Origin: an uncultured Cytophagia bacterium
GTDB taxonomy: Bacteria > Zhuqueibacterota > Zhuqueibacteria > Zhuqueibacterales > Zhuqueibacteraceae
NCBI GenBank assembly: GCA_964457925.1
Contig: CAYWGH010000024.1
Coordinates: forward strand, 81,724 to 93,191
Direction: 5' to 3'
DNA length: 11,468 nt
Shown here: positions 6,891 through 11,468 of the stretch, piece after piece
Layout of the letters: each line of letters opens with the position of its first letter
Position numbering within the stretch: the stretch's first letter is position 1
Notes under the pieces: generated by a model
Told to the model about the DNA's origin: nothing
Seen by the model: only the letters and a program-made list of their open reading frames with translations
Databases searched by the model: none
Program-made: the position numbers and the translations under genes

Positions 6891-6937
6891 CAACCGCAAG
6901 GCCCGACAGACTTGACTTCACAGCCTCTCTTGTAATT

Positions 6938-7007
6938 GTCATTCTGAAAGAATCTTGTTGAGCATTCAGATCGTGCTCGAATCTTCAAAAGATTCCTGCG
7001 GAATGAC
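6938..7007. repeat. MITE-like inverted-repeat element (~70 bp) upstream of virB4
   Basis: gtcattc (6938-6944) pairs with gaatgac (7001-7007), and gaatctt (6950-6956) pairs with aagattc (6989-6995). A second gaatctt at 6979-6985 allows alternative folds. Confidence 0.55.
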
Positions 7008-7048
7008 GCACTGAGGAGGCGTCATCTAAGAAATATGAATTGAACTGA

Positions 7049-9502
7049 ATGGCAGCAACCAAACTCACAGAGCGGCAGGCTTATCAAAACCGGCCGGCGC
7101 TGGCGCTGTACCTGCCCTACCTCGAGGTGCTGGACGATTTCATCGTCAAGAAAAACGGCAATCTCGTGGCGGGCTTCGAATTGCAGGCGCTGGACAACAT
7201 GAGCCTGTCCGCCGATGCCTACACCAAGCTTTGCGCCAATCTTGAAAACGTGTTGAATGCGATCGACGAAGACGTCAATCTGCAATTCTCCTCGTTCTTT
7301 GACTATTTCCCCTATCAAGCGGATTTCGTCTACACCGAGGATGCCACGCTCGATTTCTTCAAGCAGCAGCGCCACAAGTATTACGGCTATTTCAAATACT
7401 TGATGTGCAAGATGTATGTGTTCGTGGATTTCGAGGCGGGCAAAAACCTGCGCACGCCCTACAATATTTTTGCCTCGAGCGCGAGCATCAAAACCCGGCT
7501 GCGCGCGGAACACGAGCGCCTGGTGCTGGAGAAGAACAACGCGCTGAAAACCATTCAGGCCGCGCTGGAAGGCACGGGCATCAAGCTGCGGCGATTGCGC
7601 AACAATGATCTCGCCACGGTGCTGTATCGCGCCATCAACATTTCCGCCAACGAATTCACCGGCAGCCTGCGCGGCAAAGCCACCAACAACGAATTGATTG
7701 CGAACGATTGCCAGGTTGAAAAAGGCTATCTCCGCATCGGCAATCAATACGTCGCGTGTCTTTCGCTGAGCTTGCTGCCGGAAGTTACGCGCGATCATAT
7801 CACGTTCAACGGCATTCCGCTGCCGTATCTGTTTCCGTTGCTGCACAATCTCGCGTTTCCGCATCGCGTGGTGTTTTCGACGCAGAATCTCGACATGGAA
7901 AAAGAGACGGCGCGCCTGAGCCGGCAGCTCAATTTCTCGCGCTTCATCATGAACTTCTCACGCCAGCGCGAAGGCCGCAAAAGCGAAGTCAAGTTCCGCG
8001 AGTTGAACGAGCTGATGGACGAGATTTACACGCAACACAAGCGCCTGGCCAGCATCAGCCTCAATGTTTTGGTTTATGACGATGATCTCGAACGCCTGAA
8101 TCAAAAGATCAATCAAACCCAACTCGCATTTGCCGCGGTGGACAAAGCGCAATCCGTGCTCGAAACCCTGGACATTTTGCCGATCTTCATCAGCAGCCTG
8201 CCGGGCAACAGCGCGGAAAATTATCACCGGCTGTTGGTGAAAACCTCGAATGCAGCACAGTTCATCAACCTGACCAATTTCAATCGCGGTTATCATCGCG
8301 GCGTGCTGATGAAGAACCGCAACAACGAACCGCTGCTGTTCGATTACTTCGATCAAAATTTGAATTCGTGGAACAGCATCATCGTGGGCCCGACGGGAAC
8401 CGGCAAGAGTTATTTGATGCAAGCGATGTTGCTGCAATTGCTCGAACAGGGCGTGAAGGTTTTCGGGCTGGATGTCGGCGGCGTGGGCGACATGGGCGGC
8501 AGTTACAAAAAGATGATCAAGCTGCTCAACGGCCGCTACGTCGAGTTGAACGTCGATCATCCCATTCCGCTGAATCCGTTTGCGCTGGTGAAATCCGAGG
8601 GCGTGGTTGATACCAAGAAGCTGCTCTTTCTGCGCGCCTTCATCGAAAAATTGATTTTGGAACGCGAGCAAACTTCGATCTCGAAAGTCGAACAGGCCTT
8701 CATCAGCAAGGCGATTGAAAAGTATCTCACGGAGTTCAACGGCAATCGCAATCTCAAAACGTTTGTCGATTTCTTCAGCCAGCAAGTCGATCCCGACGGT
8801 TATGTCGATGTCAAGCTGCTCAGCCGCAAGATGTACATTTACACCCACGGCGAGTACAGCCGCTTTTTATGCGCCGATGACATGATCGACATTCGCGAAG
8901 ATTTAGTCTGCTTCGATTTGAAGGGACTCGAAACCCATCCGGATTTGCAGGGCATTATCGCCATCATCATCACCGGTTTGTTGTGGGATTTGATGGAGCG
9001 CAATCTCAGCCACAACAAAGTCATCTTCGCGGACGAGTTGTGGAAGGTTTTGGATGACAATTCGACCATCGGCCATCTGGTCGTTGAATTGTTCCGCACC
9101 GCGCGCAAAATGGGCGCAGGGATTTTTGCAATTTCGCAGTCGATTGAAGACATCGACTCCGTAAGTTTTTCCGCGCCGATCAAGGACAATGCGCTGAATC
9201 ACTTTATTCTGGCGCATAAACCAAAACAACTGGAAACGCTGTCGCGCGCATTCGGCTACGGCGAACGCGAGCTGGCGTTGATTTCCAGCCTGCAGCGCGG
9301 CGAGTTTCTGCTGGATCGCGACGGCCGCATCACGGTGTTGCGCGCGGACATGAGTACGTATGATCATTACCTCTTCACCACCGACCGGCAAGAGAACAAT
9401 TTGTTGGAAGGCAAGTTGAAGAAGCATCAGGGCAACTTGATCAAGGCGATCAAGGAGATTGCCGTGGAAAAGGATTTGGAGATTTCGCCGTATTTGTTGT
9501 GA
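7049..9502 (+). CDS. virB4: VirB4/TrbE/TraC-family T4SS ATPase
   Basis: 817-aa ORF. An in-frame TGA lies immediately upstream (7046-7048), so ATG 7049 is the first possible start. Walker A GPTGTGKS (nt 8387-8410) and Walker B VIFADE (nt 9020-9037). Size and N-terminal domain are typical of VirB4, and it follows the VirB2-like and VirB3-like genes. Confidence 0.92.
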   Translation: MAATKLTERQAYQNRPALALYLPYLEVLDDFIVKKNGNLVAGFELQALDNMSLSADAYTKLCANLENVLNAIDEDVNLQFSSFFDYFPYQADFVYTEDATLDFFKQQRHKYYGYFKYLMCKMYVFVDFEAGKNLRTPYNIFASSASIKTRLRAEHERLVLEKNNALKTIQAALEGTGIKLRRLRNNDLATVLYRAINISANEFTGSLRGKATNNELIANDCQVEKGYLRIGNQYVACLSLSLLPEVTRDHITFNGIPLPYLFPLLHNLAFPHRVVFSTQNLDMEKETARLSRQLNFSRFIMNFSRQREGRKSEVKFRELNELMDEIYTQHKRLASISLNVLVYDDDLERLNQKINQTQLAFAAVDKAQSVLETLDILPIFISSLPGNSAENYHRLLVKTSNAAQFINLTNFNRGYHRGVLMKNRNNEPLLFDYFDQNLNSWNSIIVGPTGTGKSYLMQAMLLQLLEQGVKVFGLDVGGVGDMGGSYKKMIKLLNGRYVELNVDHPIPLNPFALVKSEGVVDTKKLLFLRAFIEKLILEREQTSISKVEQAFISKAIEKYLTEFNGNRNLKTFVDFFSQQVDPDGYVDVKLLSRKMYIYTHGEYSRFLCADDMIDIREDLVCFDLKGLETHPDLQGIIAIIITGLLWDLMERNLSHNKVIFADELWKVLDDNSTIGHLVVELFRTARKMGAGIFAISQSIEDIDSVSFSAPIKDNALNHFILAHKPKQLETLSRAFGYGERELALISSLQRGEFLLDRDGRITVLRADMSTYDHYLFTTDRQENNLLEGKLKKHQGNLIKAIKEIAVEKDLEISPYLL

Positions 9503-9630
9503 GCGTTTTTATTTTGAATGAGGCCCGAATGCTGCGCCGCTTCATAAAAATTTTGCTCTGTGCTTTTTGCCCCCTGCTCCTTGCCCTTTGCCTCTTGCCC
9601 CTGCCCGCGTGCAAGAAGCCGACGGAGCCG
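9464..9630 (+). repeat. Segmental duplication, copy A (virB4 3' end, spacer and lipoprotein signal peptide)
   Basis: 9464-9591 is identical to 10754-10881 (128 bp). A 9-nt patch with 6 differences follows, then 9601-9630 is identical to 10891-10920 (30 bp). Confidence 0.95.
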
Positions 9631-10605
9631 AAAGCCGCTCTGCCCGACACCACCAGCCACGACTTTGTGTTCGAGATTGACACCTTCGGCAACGGCAGTT
9701 CGAGTGTGCTGAATGACGTGTGCATCATTGATGAAAACAACATCTGGGCAGTAGGCGAGATTTATGTGCAAGGCGCCACCGGCCAATCGGAAGAGGTTTA
9801 CAACGCGGTGCATTGGGATGGCAAGCAATGGAATCATGTCAAAGTGCCTGTGAAAGACTTTGGGGGCTTGATCGCTACTATTCCACTTAGAACTGTTTTA
9901 GGATTTGCATCAAATGACGTTTGGGTCGCCAGCAGCGGCAGTTTAATTCGTTGGAATGGGTCCTTCTGGAGTGAAAAAGCCTTTTTTGTAACGGATCTAA
10001 CTTTCAATGGGCAAGTGCTAAAAATGTGGGGCGCGAGCGGTTCGAATATTTACTGCGTTGGCCGCAACGGTGCAATTTATCATTTCGACGGCAGCACTTG
10101 GCAAAAGCTCGTGAGCGGCACGACGGTGGACATTCAAGACATCTGGGGCGCGGGGCAAACGGTGCTCGCGGTGGCATCGTTAGTGAATTACGGCAGAGCG
10201 TTGGATTTGCTGAAAATTGAAGGTGCTACCGTCACAAAACTGGACACAGCAGGTTTACGGATTGCTGAAAGCAGTCTATGGTTTGCGCCTGGCAAAGTTT
10301 ATTATATCGCCGGTGACGGACTGTTTCAAAAATCCGGATTGGCAGAACAACGATGGCAATTCAATGCTTTTCAACCTTCAATTTATATCGACCGTATCCG
10401 CGCAAATGCTTCGAATGATATTTTTGTTTGCGGCTCTTTTGGCTTTTTGGCGCATTACAACGGCTCGACCTGGAAAGATTATACCGGTTCAGAAGCGCCG
10501 CAATTTTTCTCGCGCTACAAAGGCTTGAGCGTGAAGCAAGACGTAGTTGCAGCGGTTGGTTGGATGAATGATCATGCTATAATTGTACGAGGCAAACGAA
10601 GGTAA
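9529..10605 (+). CDS. Lipoprotein with beta-propeller-type repeats (paralogue 1)
   Basis: GAGG (9520-9523), a 5-nt spacer, then ATG 9529. The signal peptide MLRRFIKILLCAFCPLLLALCLLPLPAC ends in the lipobox LPAC (Cys28, nt 9610-9612). Blade-like motifs recur every ~45-50 aa (NIWAVGEIY..HWDGKQW, DVWVASSGSLIRWNGSFW, NIYCVGRNGAIYHFDGSTW, DIFVCGSFGFLAHYNGSTW). The alternative in-frame GTG 9499 overlaps the virB4 stop as GTGA. Confidence 0.8.
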   Translation: MLRRFIKILLCAFCPLLLALCLLPLPACKKPTEPKAALPDTTSHDFVFEIDTFGNGSSSVLNDVCIIDENNIWAVGEIYVQGATGQSEEVYNAVHWDGKQWNHVKVPVKDFGGLIATIPLRTVLGFASNDVWVASSGSLIRWNGSFWSEKAFFVTDLTFNGQVLKMWGASGSNIYCVGRNGAIYHFDGSTWQKLVSGTTVDIQDIWGAGQTVLAVASLVNYGRALDLLKIEGATVTKLDTAGLRIAESSLWFAPGKVYYIAGDGLFQKSGLAEQRWQFNAFQPSIYIDRIRANASNDIFVCGSFGFLAHYNGSTWKDYTGSEAPQFFSRYKGLSVKQDVVAAVGWMNDHAIIVRGKRR

Positions 10606-10645
10606 TTGTATGCAGTTTAGAAACGATGAAAGCAAGGAGGCAGTC

Positions 10646-10792
10646 ATGAAGTCAATCAACCTGATATCGTTCATGGCCATGACATGGATCATGATCCATG
10701 CAAACAATGTCACAGCGCAAGCGCCAATTTTCGGAAACACGCGCGCACAATCAGTGGAAAAGGATTTGGAGATTTCGCCGTATTTGTTGTGA
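10646..10792 (+). CDS. Small ORF (48 aa) with a Sec-type signal peptide; its C-terminal 12 residues are a duplicated virB4 tail
   Basis: AAGGAGG (10634-10640), a 5-nt spacer, then ATG 10646. Product is MKSINLISFMAMTWIMIHANNVTAQA-PIFGNTRAQSVEKDLEISPYLL. The last 12 codons and the TGA are identical to the end of virB4. It could be a real gene or a duplication scar. Confidence 0.35.
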   Translation: MKSINLISFMAMTWIMIHANNVTAQAPIFGNTRAQSVEKDLEISPYLL

Positions 10793-10920
10793 GCGTTTTT
10801 ATTTTGAATGAGGCCCGAATGCTGCGCCGCTTCATAAAAATTTTGCTCTGTGCTTTTTGCCCCCTGCTCCTTGCCCTTTGCTTTCTCTCTCTGCCCGCGT
10901 GCAAGAAGCCGACGGAGCCG
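10754..10920 (+). repeat. Segmental duplication, copy B
   Basis: Offset of exactly 1290 bp from copy A. See feature 9464..9630. Confidence 0.95.
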
Positions 10921-11468
10921 CAGCCAATTGCCAAGCCTGACACCACGAGCCACGACTTCGTGTTTGGTATAGACACCCTGGGCGCTGATGTTTTCGGCTA
11001 TCCTAGTTTTCTGAAAGACGTTACCATGATTGACGAAAACAATGTCTGGGCAGTGGGCCAGATTTATTTGAACGATTCGTCCGGGCAATTGGAAAATCAA
11101 GCATATAATGCTGTTCATTGGGATGGAAAAAAGTGGAGTTTTCAAAAAGTTCCGGTCAAAGATTTCGGCGGCATCACTTCTTCTTTTCCTCTTGAGGCAG
11201 TTTTAGGATTCGCACAAAATGATATTTGGGTTACAAGCAGCGCTGGCTTAATTCGGTGGAATGGGTCATTTTGGAGTGAAAAAGCCTTCTTTATGACGGA
11301 TTTGTCTTTCAATGGCCAGGTTCTAAAAATGTGGGGCAAGAACGGCTCAAACATTTACTGTGTTGGCAGAAACGGCGCAATTTATCATTACAACGGCAGC
11401 ATCTGGCACAAGCTGGAAAGCGGCACGGACATCGATTTGGTCGACATCTGGGGCACTGGCGATGATGA
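10819..11468 (+). CDS. Lipoprotein with beta-propeller-type repeats (paralogue 2, 3' end outside the window)
   Basis: The frame is open from ATG 10819 to the window end, and is absent from the ORF track because it has no stop. The signal peptide and LPAC lipobox are near-identical to paralogue 1. Downstream residues align colinearly (DENNVWAVGQIY, HWDGKKW, LIRWNGSFWSEKAFF, NIYCVGRNGAIYHYNGSIW), with roughly two-thirds to three-quarters identity by eye. Confidence 0.8.
   Translation, partial: MLRRFIKILLCAFCPLLLALCFLSLPACKKPTEPQPIAKPDTTSHDFVFGIDTLGADVFGYPSFLKDVTMIDENNVWAVGQIYLNDSSGQLENQAYNAVHWDGKKWSFQKVPVKDFGGITSSFPLEAVLGFAQNDIWVTSSAGLIRWNGSFWSEKAFFMTDLSFNGQVLKMWGKNGSNIYCVGRNGAIYHYNGSIWHKLESGTDIDLVDIWGTGDD

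Noticed and set aside
9427-9837. Minus-strand ORFs 9427..9837 and 10489..11145, which share an identical ~44-aa segment
   Set aside because: The shared segment is only the reverse translation of the 128-bp duplicated block. Both ORFs lie antisense to the lipoprotein genes and to the virB4 tail.

Overview
The left end of the window holds two minus-strand housekeeping-type genes: a SpoIID/LytB-domain protein and an ICMT/PEMT-family membrane methyltransferase. An ~810-bp non-coding region follows, containing a near-consensus sigma70-type promoter and a ~290-nt, hairpin-rich leader. The rest is a plus-strand type IV secretion / conjugation-like module. In order it contains: a 28-codon upstream ORF whose stop overlaps (GTGA) the GTG start of a polytopic coupling-protein-like ATPase (T4CP); a low-GC inserted gene for a glycine-zipper membrane protein; a VirB2/TrbC-like pilin; a VirB3-like small membrane protein; a VirB4-family ATPase; and two tandem paralogous beta-propeller lipoprotein genes, the second cut by the window edge. 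The lipoprotein pair arose by a segmental duplication. Its junction keeps the last 12 sense codons and stop of virB4, and a 128-bp block remains base-for-base identical between copies. At least four unrelated families of tandem or hairpin repeats occupy the intergenic spacers. One family sits in the same orientation directly at the stop codons of two different genes. No rRNA, tRNA, CRISPR array, transposase, integrase or relaxase was recognised. All protein-family calls rest on motifs and architecture read by eye, not on database searches.
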